DNA of 36,635 nucleotides from positions 1-36,635 of the IMG/VR virus record IMGVR_UViG_3300046387_000715; one strand, written 5' to 3'. The position numbers were made by a program, and so were the translations under genes. Below, piece after piece: positions 25,193-35,142 of the stretch. Under the pieces are notes generated by a model. The model saw nothing but the letters and a program-made list of their open reading frames with translations, was not told the origin of the DNA and made no database searches. The stretch comes from a virus. Lineage: Duplodnaviria > Caudoviricetes. Each line of letters begins with the position of its first letter. Positions within the stretch are counted from its first letter, which is position 1.

Positions 25193-27040
25193 ATGGGGTT
25201 TCCAGTATACATAAAAGCGGGCGCGAGCCGAGTTTCCATTGCCAAGGAGATCAGGGAGGTCAGCCGCCTTCGCCTTCAATTTGAAAAGCAAATGGCAAGA
25301 AAGATGGAAAGCCTTTTTAGAACAGCGGGAAACAGAGCCGCCGCTGCGTATGAGGCTGGAACAAGCGTAGAGAATGCAAACGTCACTTTGCAATCTGAAG
25401 TTGGCGCGGTCTTTCGGGCTTCTTATGCGGCTGTTATAGAAAAATTTGCACAAAGGGTTGTCGAAAACCGTAAGAGAGCAACACAATTTGAAGCTTTGGT
25501 GTTCCAATACTACGCTAAAGAAGGCGCAAGCAAGGTCGTGGGCGTCACCCAAACAACAAAAAATAAAATCAGACGGGCGATTGAGGTCGCGGATAATGAA
25601 GCTTTGGGCGTTGGGCCGACCGCCAAGCTCATAAAAGAGTACACAGGAGGGGCAATGGGCCGAGCAAGGGCCACTACCATAGCTCGGACAGAAACCCACG
25701 CAGCAGCGTCCTATGCGACTGACGCGGCCACAAGGGAGCTTAACCTTCCCTCACAGAAAAAACGGTGGGTTTCAGTTAGTGATGCTAGAACCAGATCGGG
25801 TCATGCGGCGGCTAATGGGCAAGAAGTAGGGATTGATGAGCCGTTCCTTGTACCCTTCAATGGTCAAACCATAAAGATGAAATACCCTCATGACGGAAGT
25901 GGAGGGGCGGGCAACAATATAAATTGCAGGGGCCTCGCGGTTTACTTTACCGATGAGGACGCAATTTTTGATGACGTTCCCGTTTCCCAACCGCCACCGC
26001 CGCCGCCGCCACCCGCTCCATTTGAACCTTTTGCGCCTTTACCCGTTGGTCGTGAGGTGTTGCTTCCGATAATTAAGGGGGTAAGAAACGAAGATTTTCC
26101 TACGGTTTCAAAAGAAGAAAGCCTAGCAAGCCTCAGAAAGCAGCTCAAAGAAGCCGATGAGCAACCAAACCAAGCTTTGCGTGCAGTTTATCAAGGTCGC
26201 AGTGAGAATGATTTTGCAGCAATCCAAGGCGGGGCCTCACTTACAAAAGAAGCTGCTACTGCAATCGCTATTGTAAATCAGGAACTTAATTACTTTTCTG
26301 ATCTTTTTGGCATCCCAAGGGTAAGGGGCTATAAGAAAATAAACGGATCAGGTTCTCAATACGGGCAAACGATAGCGAATATGGGTGATGGAGTTATGGG
26401 CTTCAACACCGATTATTTCAACAAGTGGGGTGGAGATATAAACACCTCTAATGATGCAAGCCTCGTTCAAAAACGAACTGATTTGAAAGCTAAAATAGAT
26501 AAATTAGATATTGAAGTACTAGCGGCTCGCGGGGCGGTCTTAGACGCAAGAAATGATGGTCTCGACGATACGGATGCGCTTGACAGGTTCAACAAAGCCA
26601 CAGACGAGCTTTGGGAATTAAAACGTGAATATGCTTCAATCTCGCTGCCAACGGTGACAGATTACAAACTCGGCGGCGAGGGGAAAAAGCCTTGGACTGT
26701 TGAAAAGTATTCAACTGGTGGAATGGATTATTTTAGATCAACTATGTATCATGAGTTTGGGCACCAAATCCATCAAACTTATAAGCGGCGCGTTTCTGAA
26801 AGGGGTAGGGTTTCCGCATCAGACAGACCATTTGAGGATGAACTCAAAAAGCGTTGGCTCAAAGTTTATAGGTTAAAGAAAAAACGTTCAAAAGAATTTG
26901 CTAGTCGGTACGCTGAAACGAGCGCCTTTGAATGGTTCGCGGAGAGCTTTGCGTTGTGGGCTTCTGGGCAAACAGACAAGGTAAATCCTTTATTCCTTGA
27001 AATGATACAGGAGATCATTGATGACGCAAAGCGCGGATAG
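25193..27040 (+). CDS. MuF/SPP1 gp7-like head morphogenesis protein fused to a zinc metallopeptidase domain
   Basis: RATTIARTET, KRWVSVSDARTRSGH, YPHD and INCR MuF motifs; Pro8 linker; C-terminal HEFGH and SRYA..EWFAESF. Confidence 0.88.
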   Translation: MGFPVYIKAGASRVSIAKEIREVSRLRLQFEKQMARKMESLFRTAGNRAAAAYEAGTSVENANVTLQSEVGAVFRASYAAVIEKFAQRVVENRKRATQFEALVFQYYAKEGASKVVGVTQTTKNKIRRAIEVADNEALGVGPTAKLIKEYTGGAMGRARATTIARTETHAAASYATDAATRELNLPSQKKRWVSVSDARTRSGHAAANGQEVGIDEPFLVPFNGQTIKMKYPHDGSGGAGNNINCRGLAVYFTDEDAIFDDVPVSQPPPPPPPPAPFEPFAPLPVGREVLLPIIKGVRNEDFPTVSKEESLASLRKQLKEADEQPNQALRAVYQGRSENDFAAIQGGASLTKEAATAIAIVNQELNYFSDLFGIPRVRGYKKINGSGSQYGQTIANMGDGVMGFNTDYFNKWGGDINTSNDASLVQKRTDLKAKIDKLDIEVLAARGAVLDARNDGLDDTDALDRFNKATDELWELKREYASISLPTVTDYKLGGEGKKPWTVEKYSTGGMDYFRSTMYHEFGHQIHQTYKRRVSERGRVSASDRPFEDELKKRWLKVYRLKKKRSKEFASRYAETSAFEWFAESFALWASGQTDKVNPLFLEMIQEIIDDAKRG

Positions 27041-27197
27041 AATTTTTGAAATAGTTTCTCAGGAAAAAATAACAAAGGAAGATTATCTTGAAATGAAAGC
27101 TGAGTGCGTTGGCCTTGAAGTTGATGAGTATGGTTTGATTGAAATGGTGGAACGTAGGCTTGGTGATTTACGTTTGAGGCGCGAAATTGATTTTTGA
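27021..27197 (+). CDS. 58-aa acidic protein, candidate immunity protein (missed by the ORF track)
   Basis: MTQSADRIFEIVSQEKITKEDYLEMKAECVGLEVDEYGLIEMVERRLGDLRLRREIDF; RBS AGGAGA; overlaps the end of muF. Confidence 0.65.
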   Translation: MTQSADRIFEIVSQEKITKEDYLEMKAECVGLEVDEYGLIEMVERRLGDLRLRREIDF

Positions 27198-27310
27198 CCG
27201 CATACTGGAAAAGAAAATCTATCTATGGTAAGTTGCGTTCACAAGTTAAAACTCAACGGACAGCGGTTTGCTTGTCCATGCATGGCAAGTAAGACCCAAA
27301 GGAAATTGAT

Positions 27311-27985
27311 ATGAGTGACGATATTGAATTCAAAGATGAAACGCTGGACGTCAGGTTTGACATTAAAGCGATGGAAGATGAAGAAAAAGGCGAGTTCAGC
27401 GGATACGGCTCAATCTTTGGAAACAAAGACCTTGGCAATGATGTTGTCGTTGAGGGCGCTTTCGCTAAGTCAATCGGCCGCAAGGGCGCTAAGGCTGTAA
27501 AGATGCTTTACCAGCACCGCGCAGATGAACCCATCGGGGTCTTTGATGAGATCATAGAGGATCGTCGTGGGCTCAAGGTAAAGGGCCGCTTGGCTATGGG
27601 AACCCAGCGGGGCCGCGAAGTTTATGAATTGATGAAAATGGGCGCGATTGATGGCTTGTCTATCGGTTACCGCGTCGACGCAAAGGGCTATGATTATGAC
27701 GATAAGGGCAAGCGCCGTTATTTGAAATCAGTAGACCTTATGGAGATTTCTGCCGTGACCTTTCCTATGAACCCCAAAGCTAGGGTTTCAGCGGTAAAGA
27801 GCGACAGAACAGTCCGTGAATGGGAAGAAGTCCTGCGGGATGCAGCGGAACTTTCCAGAAGCGAGGCGAAGGTTGCAGCTTCGGCTGTAGCAAAGGCACT
27901 GGAACAGCGGGATGCTGGCGCTCAGGAAATGCCTTCTGAACTGGTAAGCGAGTTAGATCGCCTAACCAATATCCTTAAATCCTAA
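27311..27985 (+). CDS. HK97-family prohead protease
   Basis: FSGYGSIFG, MLYQH, GLSIGY and LMEISAVTFPMN motifs. Confidence 0.95.
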   Translation: MSDDIEFKDETLDVRFDIKAMEDEEKGEFSGYGSIFGNKDLGNDVVVEGAFAKSIGRKGAKAVKMLYQHRADEPIGVFDEIIEDRRGLKVKGRLAMGTQRGREVYELMKMGAIDGLSIGYRVDAKGYDYDDKGKRRYLKSVDLMEISAVTFPMNPKARVSAVKSDRTVREWEEVLRDAAELSRSEAKVAASAVAKALEQRDAGAQEMPSELVSELDRLTNILKS

Positions 27986-28003
27986 ACAGAAAGGTTGATT
28001 GTC

Positions 28004-29227
28004 ATGGATGATAATCTCAAAACTTATCTGGAAGGACTGAACGGTGCTTTTGAAGAATTTAAAGCAACAAACGATCAGCGCCTTGCAGAAATCGAAAAGA
28101 AAGGCGATGCCGATCCGTTGGTTGAAGCCAAATTGTCAAAGATCGAAGCCGATCTTGACCGCTTTGAAACTGTAAACCAAAAGCTGGTTCAGCAAGAAAA
28201 AGCTTCCGAAGGTTTCGCTGAGAAACTTGACGGCATTGAAACTCTTTTGAAGCGTCCAAACTCTGGCGTTGAAACCAAGAACGTGGATATTGCTGTTAAG
28301 GCTTGGGACACTTTCATGCGTAAGGGCAACGAAGGCTTAGACGCCGACGAAGTTAAAGCGTTGACTGTTGGAACAGCCGCCACAGCGGGTAACTTGGCTC
28401 CAGAGGAATATGTTGCTGAGTTAATCAAGATCGTAACTGAAATCTCACCAGTTCGTTCTGTTGCTCGCGTTCGCGCTACAACCTCCAAAGAAATTGAAAT
28501 CCCAACAAAGGATGCAAATTTCGCGGCGGCTTGGACTGCGGAAACTGGCACACGCTCAGAAACCACTGGTTATTCAACAACCTTGAATACTATTGCCACT
28601 CATGAGCTTTACGCTCTGGTCGATATTTCTTCAATGTTGCTGGAAGATAGTGCTTTCAACATGGAAGCAGAAATGAACCAAGAGTTCGCAGAGCAGTTTG
28701 CTAAGGGCGAAGGCGCAGCGTTCATTGCTGGTAATGGCACAAACAAGCCAACAGGTATCACAAACGGGAACACCGTTGCCCACACCGCCACAGGTGCAGC
28801 ATCAGCGGCAATCTCTACCGATAACCTGATGGACTTGGTTCACGGCTTGAAATCAGAGTATGCGGCCAACGCTACAATGATGTTCAACCGCGCAACTTTG
28901 GGCATAATCCGTAAGTTGAAAGACACAGCGGGCCAGTACATTTTCCAAACTGGTTTCTCTGGTCAGTCTGGCGCTCCAAACACAATCATCGGTATCCCAT
29001 ATGTGGAAGCCCCTGATGTAGCAGATGCGGCTTCTGGCGCGAAATCTGTTCTAATCGGTGACTTCCGTCGCGGATATATGATCGTTGATCGTGTTGCGCT
29101 TTCAGTATTGCGTGACCCATACAGCCAAGCGGCAACGGGCCTTGTCCGTTATATCGCTCGCCGCCGTGTCGGTGGTAAAGTGGTTCTTGCCGAAGCTATG
29201 CGCGTTCTGAAACACGCAACTTCATAA
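28004..29227 (+). CDS. HK97-family major capsid protein
   Basis: N-terminal coiled-coil delta domain, AAAWTAET, FIAGNGTNKPTGI, LKDTAGQYI and IGDFRRGY; start MDDNLK after RBS GAAAGG. Confidence 0.96.
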   Translation: MDDNLKTYLEGLNGAFEEFKATNDQRLAEIEKKGDADPLVEAKLSKIEADLDRFETVNQKLVQQEKASEGFAEKLDGIETLLKRPNSGVETKNVDIAVKAWDTFMRKGNEGLDADEVKALTVGTAATAGNLAPEEYVAELIKIVTEISPVRSVARVRATTSKEIEIPTKDANFAAAWTAETGTRSETTGYSTTLNTIATHELYALVDISSMLLEDSAFNMEAEMNQEFAEQFAKGEGAAFIAGNGTNKPTGITNGNTVAHTATGAASAAISTDNLMDLVHGLKSEYAANATMMFNRATLGIIRKLKDTAGQYIFQTGFSGQSGAPNTIIGIPYVEAPDVADAASGAKSVLIGDFRRGYMIVDRVALSVLRDPYSQAATGLVRYIARRRVGGKVVLAEAMRVLKHATS

Positions 29228-29282
29228 AGAGCAAACGAGGGGAGCGTCCACCCGCCCCCCTCACCCTTCAAGGAGTGGATCT

Positions 29283-29504
29283 ATGAAGCAAGTACAAATG
29301 ATTTATAGCGTGGCTGGTGAAAGCAACGCATCAGGAACAGAAGCCCGAAAATATATGGTGGGCGAGGTTCTGCCTTTAGATAAGCCTTGGCAAAAGAAAC
29401 TGGCGAAGTCTATGATTGAACGCGGCGCAGCCATTGAGGTGCAGGGCAACGCGGGGCCAGAAGAAACAAAAGCCAAGCGCAAGAAAGCCCCTGCAAAAAA
29501 ATAA
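29283..29504 (+). CDS. small capsid-adjacent protein with basic tail
   Basis: RBS AAGGAG; ends KAKRKKAPAKK. Confidence 0.7.
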   Translation: MKQVQMIYSVAGESNASGTEARKYMVGEVLPLDKPWQKKLAKSMIERGAAIEVQGNAGPEETKAKRKKAPAKK

Positions 29505-29513
29505 GGGGGCATC

Positions 29514-30083
29514 ATGCCAAGAAATATTAATTCGACAATCAAGACAGCTTTGCTTCAACCAGAGGTAAAGCTTTTCTATGCGATTGAGTTGAACTTCTAC
29601 AATCCAAGCACAAGCGCCGCCGCGCCCCTTCGGTTTTGGACGGGGGTGGGAACGACAACCCTTAACAGTCAAACTTATTATGGCACTGGGGAATTATTGC
29701 AAATATCTGGGCTTGAGGAAGTGGCTGATTTAAAGGCCACAGGCATAAGTTTGACTTTATCGGGCATCCCTACCTCAATAGTTACTGCGGCGCTCGCTCA
29801 CGAATATCACGGGCGCTCAGCGTATGTTTATTTTGGGGTGCAGGGAAACGCGAACCTGACTAATATGTTTGAGGGCTATATGGATCAGCTTTTAATCCAA
29901 GATGGCCCAGAAACATCTACGATCCAAGCCAAGCTTGAAAGCAAGCTTATTGATTTGCAGCGAACAAGGCCATTTAGATACACTCAAGAAAGTCATTCAA
30001 ACCTTTATTCTGGTGATACGTTTTTTTCTTTTGTTGAAGATTTGCAGGACAAGAAAATAGATTGGGGCAAAGGTGTTGAATGA
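29514..30083 (+). CDS. minor tail / baseplate hub-associated protein (gpL/DUF2163-like)
   Basis: LRFWTGVG, YYGTGELL, LTLSGI, FEGYMD, RYTQESH and WG motifs. Confidence 0.65.
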   Translation: MPRNINSTIKTALLQPEVKLFYAIELNFYNPSTSAAAPLRFWTGVGTTTLNSQTYYGTGELLQISGLEEVADLKATGISLTLSGIPTSIVTAALAHEYHGRSAYVYFGVQGNANLTNMFEGYMDQLLIQDGPETSTIQAKLESKLIDLQRTRPFRYTQESHSNLYSGDTFFSFVEDLQDKKIDWGKGVE

Positions 30084-30529
30084 AATACCAACAGGAATTT
30101 TTATCTTCTGTTTATATTGAGATCCAAGCTCTCATTCAGCTTCACTGGGAGCAAATTGCGCTCAATCAAGACGAAATCAAACTCAATCCTGATTGGGATC
30201 AATACGAAGCGGCAGAAGCGCAGGGCATTTTAAAGGTATTTACTGCCCGTGATGATGGGGTTTTAGTTGGGTATTTTGTGGTTCTTGCACAAAGATCAAT
30301 GCACTACAAAGACCATATTTTTGCTTATAATGATGTTTTGTTTTTGCACCCAGAATATCGAAAGGGTTTAGCGGGGATGAAGCTTTTGAAGGTGGCTGAG
30401 AAATTCCTTAAAGAAGATGGCGTTTCTGTTTTGATTGTGAATACGAAGATCCACAAACCATTTGATGCGCTCCTTGATAGAATGGGTTATACTCATATCG
30501 AAAACAATTTTTCTAAAAGGTTGAACTGA
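30080..30529 (+). CDS. GNAT-like acetyltransferase
   Basis: ARDDGVLVGY, LFLHPEYRKGLAGMKLL and LDRMGY motifs. Confidence 0.8.
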   Translation: MKYQQEFLSSVYIEIQALIQLHWEQIALNQDEIKLNPDWDQYEAAEAQGILKVFTARDDGVLVGYFVVLAQRSMHYKDHIFAYNDVLFLHPEYRKGLAGMKLLKVAEKFLKEDGVSVLIVNTKIHKPFDALLDRMGYTHIENNFSKRLN

Positions 30530-33500
30530 TGGCGGTAGTAGGTGCGATTGTTCTTAGTGCAGCGGGTGTCACGGCAAGCGCAGCGGTCACTTACGCGGTA
30601 GGGGTTGCCGTTGTCGCAACTGTCAGCGCCGTTGCCCTTAGCGCGGCCCTTGATGATAAACTGAAAGGTTTAAATCAAGGCGGGGCTTCTAGGGGGCTAA
30701 CAAACCAGATTGATCCAGTGGGGGATTTTGACCTTGTTTATGGAGAAACCAGAAAAGGCGGCTTAATCACATATGCAGAAGTAAGTTCTGACAATAAATA
30801 TTTGCACAGATTTTTAATTTTAGCTGGGCATGAAGTCGACAGTATCGGTGATATTTATATACAAGATGAAATCGTCAGTTTCGCCTCTGGTTCAGAGGGT
30901 TATGTGACCACTGGCGCGGGTGGAACAAACTGGAACCAAAAAATTTATATTAAGAAATTTACAGGCTCCCCAACTCAGAATGTTTATAGCGATCTTCAAA
31001 GCCTGACCCACAAGCCCACGGATATAAACAGCACGTTTAAAGGGCAGGGGATTGCTTGCCTTTATATAAGGATGGAATATGACGCCGATACTTTCTCAGG
31101 CGGCACTCCACTGATAACCGCAAAGGTTCGCGGCAAAAAGGTCTATGACCCAAGAAAAGACAGCACCAGTAGCGCTTACGATAATTCTCTAGGGGTTAGC
31201 ACCCACAGAACCAATGACCCCACCACATGGCAATATTCTGACGAACCAGCGCTTGCTATTAGGGATTATCTTACTTCTGATTTTGGCGTTGGTGCAGAGC
31301 AAACATCTATTGACGATGATATGATCGCAACAGCGATCGCAGCTTGCGCCTCAACGGGTACATCTGGCGTTGAGGAAAACTCTTTCAAGATAAATGGAAC
31401 CGTTACAACTGGGGGAACCCCGCAACAGAATTTAAATGCGTTTATGACAACGCTGAACGGAACCTTATTTTATGGTCAAGGTAAGTGGCGGCTTTTAGCT
31501 GGCGCGTACACTTCACCAGACGCATCTGTAAGTGGGGCAAACGCTTTTGGGTATGACGATATTATCAGTGACATCGGCGTCTCCACGCGCTTCTCACGGC
31601 GTGATACGGTAAACACAGTTAAGGGAACATTTATAGATGGGTCGGCTAGTGGAAGATATATCCCTACAGATTACCCACAACAGCAGATCCCAAGTCTTTC
31701 AGAAGATAATGGTCAAGAAAGTGTGCTTGATCTTACGCTTCCATTAACAACTAACAGTGCAACGGCGCAGCGTCTTGCGAAACAGGTTCTTTTTGTTGGC
31801 CGCGAGCAAATATCTGTTACAGCGACATTTACACTTGAGAAAGCTTTTTCTGTTCAAGTGGGAGATACAATAGAATTAAGGTTAAAAAGATATGGCTGGA
31901 TAGAAGATCCAGAAGAAACAGACCCAACCCAACAGCAAGGAAAGCAGTTCAAGGTAATGGGTTGGAAGATGAGCGGCCTTGATGGCTCTAATCCTTCTGT
32001 GAGTTTGAACCTACAAGAAACCTCACCTACCGTTTATCAATGGTCAGTGAGCGCGGATGAATATCAAGCCATTACGCATAATAACACAAGCCTTGGTGAT
32101 AACACTTCTGGGCTGGCAATATCAGGTTTGGCAGCTACCCTTGCCTCAACATTGCAGACGGATGGGACCACAATGTCGCGGGTTGTCCTTTCGTGGAACG
32201 CAGTTTCAAACGCTCAGATTAGACACTATGAAGTGCAGTGGAAGCCGAGCAGTCTTTCAAATTATTCCTCAACGATTGCGCCAAATAACGCCATAGAGAT
32301 CGAACCCTTAACGGCGGGTACAACCTACAATTTTCGCGTCAGGGCTATTACGGTCAACGAAAACGCGGGGGCATACGCAACAATCAATGCAACGGCGGTA
32401 AAGGATACAACCGCTCCTGATATTCCAAGCGCCCCAACCGTAACGGCGGGCGTAAAGCAATTAGAGGTTTCATGGAAAGGATATAACTTTCCATCTGATT
32501 TTGCTTCTATGGAAGTTTACCATAGCACTTCAAGCAGCGGCACATATTCTTTGATTGGAACATCTGCGGGTACTAGCCTTGTTCATAGTGGGCTTACGCA
32601 GAACACAACTCATTATTATAAGCTTCTTGCGAAAGATTTTTCTGGAAACCCTCCTACGACTACACCCCAAGAAATAGCCGCTAAGCTATCCCCAGCGGGA
32701 AGCGGAACGGTTGCGGCTGATGTGCAGGGATTAACAGGTGTCCCAGTAATGACATCGAATGCTTATTATAACTCTACAAGCGATACCACCCCAAACCAAA
32801 ATGGCAGAATATATTTTGGTGTTTCTGCGTCAGATCCAGATACCCAAGCAAGCGATGGCCCATTCCCCTCAACTATTTATATCAGATTGGACGAAGATGG
32901 CCGCGCACTCGCTAGTGATCTCTCAAGCCTAATAAATTTAGACACTGATCTAACGCAAGCTGTAAGCACAGGCGGCAGCGGAATTTTAATCTACGAAAAT
33001 GATCAAAATTGGGGTTGGTATACTCCATCTGGAGTAGCGGGAGGTTTTTCTACATCAGGCGGTTATTACTTTATGGAAGGCACTTTGCAATCTTCCGAGG
33101 GTAATATTGATGTGCTTTCTCAATGGTATAGGATTGGCGTAGGCAAAAAGGGTGCACAAGGGCAAAGCGGTCTTATAGTTACGCTAAACGGGTCGGATAT
33201 TATTGTAGAAAATATTGATCCAAGAGATAACACCTCTACAGTCCAAGCCGCATTAAACACTGCTTTCTTGGCCGCAAATCCATTACTTTCTGCAATGAGC
33301 GACATCCCAGATAATGCAGTCATTTGGGCAAGGTTCGTAAATAGTGCCGATACAGAATACGCAGCGGGTCGCGCCCCTACGCAATTCAGCGCAAGAAAGT
33401 GGGTTTATGCTGATCAAGATTGGACTGATAATGCAGCTACGTTTGAAAATCCCGCTATTTTCTCGCCTCTTGTTATTGCAGCGGAAGCTATAGTTAATCA

Positions 33501-34698
33501 CCAAGACGCAATTTCAATTACTGCTGAACAATTAACCATTGCTCATAATATTAATTATCTTGATGGCGGCGGCTGGAAAATAGGAAAAGACAACTACGCC
33601 GATACCGCAGATGGATTGTGGATTGGGAACCCAGCGGGTACAAGTGAATTTGCACTTGCAACGGGAGCCAATTCAGGAACCGCAACAGAGCATGGCATTC
33701 TTTTTGACATAAATGAAACGAAGCTTATAAACCCGACGATTATGTCTGGTACGGGATCGCTGCAATCTGCAGTAAGTGTTGCAAGCAACATTTCAAATGT
33801 TCAAATAAGTGATAGCAACGGCAAGCTTCCATCTAATACATCGCTGCCAGTAACAGCACTATCAATTTCAGCGGTAGGCGGCGGCGGTGGTGGCAAGGGT
33901 GCAGAAGGTGGAGCAAATGGATCTAATGGCAGCAATACTGTTTACACTCTAACGGGTTCATATTTAGGCGCGGCTACTTCTACTATTGTATCAGTTACCG
34001 CATTAGGCGGTGCTGGTGCGACTTCAACCTATTCTTGGTACGGTCAAGCGGGTGTAAATAGCAACTTTGCATCTGGTGGTACAGCCGCAAATGCAAGCTT
34101 TGGGAGTGGTGGTAATGGTTCTCAAGGTTCTGGCGGCGGCGGCGCGGGGGGTAGACAGCCTGCAACATTTACAAGCTCAACTGTTGGCGGTTCTGGCGGT
34201 AGCGCGGGAACCAACGCTACTGATTTTATTGAGCTAGATGGATATACAGATGTTCGTTTGACAATAACTTTAGGGAGCGGTGGTTCTGGGGGAGCAAGCG
34301 CAAGGTTTAGCGCATCTGGGGGTGATGGCGGTGCTGGCTTTGCTACCTATCAAATTCAAACCTCAAGCCTTGAGCAGGTTTATCTAAGTCCAAATTCTCC
34401 GATTGGTATAGGCCAGACATGGACAGATTTCCCTTCTGGAAGATCTTCATCAGTTCATTATAGAAACACAACAGAAAAGCCCATTTTAGTAAATGTAGGT
34501 GAAACATCTAGTGGAACTGGCGCATTTTGGGTTTGGAACTCTCAATCGACAACGCCGACTGGAACAACGGGCGGGGTTCAAGTGGGCGGTACTGGTACAT
34601 CAGGGGCGTTTAACTCTTACGCTGGGGCAATAGTGCCAGTCGGCGGTTGGTATTATGTAACAGGTGGTACACCTTATATATGGGCTGAGTTGAGGTAG
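30529..34698 (+). CDS. tail tip / host specificity protein (gpJ-like) with FN3 domains and Gly-rich distal region
   Basis: LVYGETRKGG, VRGKKVYDPR, PALAIRDYL, AQRLAK and VGDTI; FN3 motifs (LTAGTTYNFRVRA); C-terminal GIGQTW...WAELR domain. Confidence 0.9.
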   Translation: MAVVGAIVLSAAGVTASAAVTYAVGVAVVATVSAVALSAALDDKLKGLNQGGASRGLTNQIDPVGDFDLVYGETRKGGLITYAEVSSDNKYLHRFLILAGHEVDSIGDIYIQDEIVSFASGSEGYVTTGAGGTNWNQKIYIKKFTGSPTQNVYSDLQSLTHKPTDINSTFKGQGIACLYIRMEYDADTFSGGTPLITAKVRGKKVYDPRKDSTSSAYDNSLGVSTHRTNDPTTWQYSDEPALAIRDYLTSDFGVGAEQTSIDDDMIATAIAACASTGTSGVEENSFKINGTVTTGGTPQQNLNAFMTTLNGTLFYGQGKWRLLAGAYTSPDASVSGANAFGYDDIISDIGVSTRFSRRDTVNTVKGTFIDGSASGRYIPTDYPQQQIPSLSEDNGQESVLDLTLPLTTNSATAQRLAKQVLFVGREQISVTATFTLEKAFSVQVGDTIELRLKRYGWIEDPEETDPTQQQGKQFKVMGWKMSGLDGSNPSVSLNLQETSPTVYQWSVSADEYQAITHNNTSLGDNTSGLAISGLAATLASTLQTDGTTMSRVVLSWNAVSNAQIRHYEVQWKPSSLSNYSSTIAPNNAIEIEPLTAGTTYNFRVRAITVNENAGAYATINATAVKDTTAPDIPSAPTVTAGVKQLEVSWKGYNFPSDFASMEVYHSTSSSGTYSLIGTSAGTSLVHSGLTQNTTHYYKLLAKDFSGNPPTTTPQEIAAKLSPAGSGTVAADVQGLTGVPVMTSNAYYNSTSDTTPNQNGRIYFGVSASDPDTQASDGPFPSTIYIRLDEDGRALASDLSSLINLDTDLTQAVSTGGSGILIYENDQNWGWYTPSGVAGGFSTSGGYYFMEGTLQSSEGNIDVLSQWYRIGVGKKGAQGQSGLIVTLNGSDIIVENIDPRDNTSTVQAALNTAFLAANPLLSAMSDIPDNAVIWARFVNSADTEYAAGRAPTQFSARKWVYADQDWTDNAATFENPAIFSPLVIAAEAIVNHQDAISITAEQLTIAHNINYLDGGGWKIGKDNYADTADGLWIGNPAGTSEFALATGANSGTATEHGILFDINETKLINPTIMSGTGSLQSAVSVASNISNVQISDSNGKLPSNTSLPVTALSISAVGGGGGGKGAEGGANGSNGSNTVYTLTGSYLGAATSTIVSVTALGGAGATSTYSWYGQAGVNSNFASGGTAANASFGSGGNGSQGSGGGGAGGRQPATFTSSTVGGSGGSAGTNATDFIELDGYTDVRLTITLGSGGSGGASARFSASGGDGGAGFATYQIQTSSLEQVYLSPNSPIGIGQTWTDFPSGRSSSVHYRNTTEKPILVNVGETSSGTGAFWVWNSQSTTPTGTTGGVQVGGTGTSGAFNSYAGAIVPVGGWYYVTGGTPYIWAELR

Positions 34699-34702
34699 TA
34701 AG

Positions 34703-35083
34703 ATGAAATCTTTTTTCGTACCAAGTGATGGGTCTTATTTTGTTGAAATATCCATTCCAACAGAAAAGTTTTTAGAAAAATATCCAAGGCCAGAGGGTGC
34801 TATTGAGGTAGAGGTAAGGCCAGAAGAATATTACGATTACGTTGATGGTGCATGGGTTGAAAATGCAGATAGAAAAGTAAGTGTTCTTTCAGATCGCGCA
34901 AGGATGGAAAGAAATGGAAAGCTTGTTTCTGAGGTCGATCCCATAGCTTCGAACAATCTTAGGTGGTCAGAATTGACGTCTGAAAAACGTGCAGAGTGGA
35001 CGCAATATCGCATTGATCTTTTAAATGTTCCACAGCAGTTGGGATTTCCCACGACTATAAATTGGCCCACGAAACCAGATTAG
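34703..35083 (+). CDS. tail fibre assembly chaperone
   Basis: RMERNGKL..WTQYRIDLLNVPQQLGFPTTINWPTKP motif. Confidence 0.85.
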   Translation: MKSFFVPSDGSYFVEISIPTEKFLEKYPRPEGAIEVEVRPEEYYDYVDGAWVENADRKVSVLSDRARMERNGKLVSEVDPIASNNLRWSELTSEKRAEWTQYRIDLLNVPQQLGFPTTINWPTKPD

Positions 35084-35142
35084 ACATTTAAATTAAAAAC
35101 TTTATCTGATAAAATTACAAAATGTAATAAATGGAAGTCGAA

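Noticed and set aside
25181-25699. 172-aa antisense ORF and similar shadow ORFs (e.g. 640-1038, 22014-22415, 28189-28566)
   Set aside because: They lie opposite well-supported genes and have no RBS or recognisable motifs.
19573-29227. Gene transfer agent cluster
   Set aside because: The head genes are GTA-like, but linked replication, recombination and early genes show an autonomous phage.
29237-29262. Hairpin after the capsid gene as a terminator
   Set aside because: It has a good stem but no U tract; more likely an ordinary mRNA-stabilising hairpin.
33870-34340. GGC/GGT-rich low-complexity tract as a repeat or DGR variable region
   Set aside because: Explained by Gly-rich tail-fibre coding; no reverse transcriptase or template repeat was seen.
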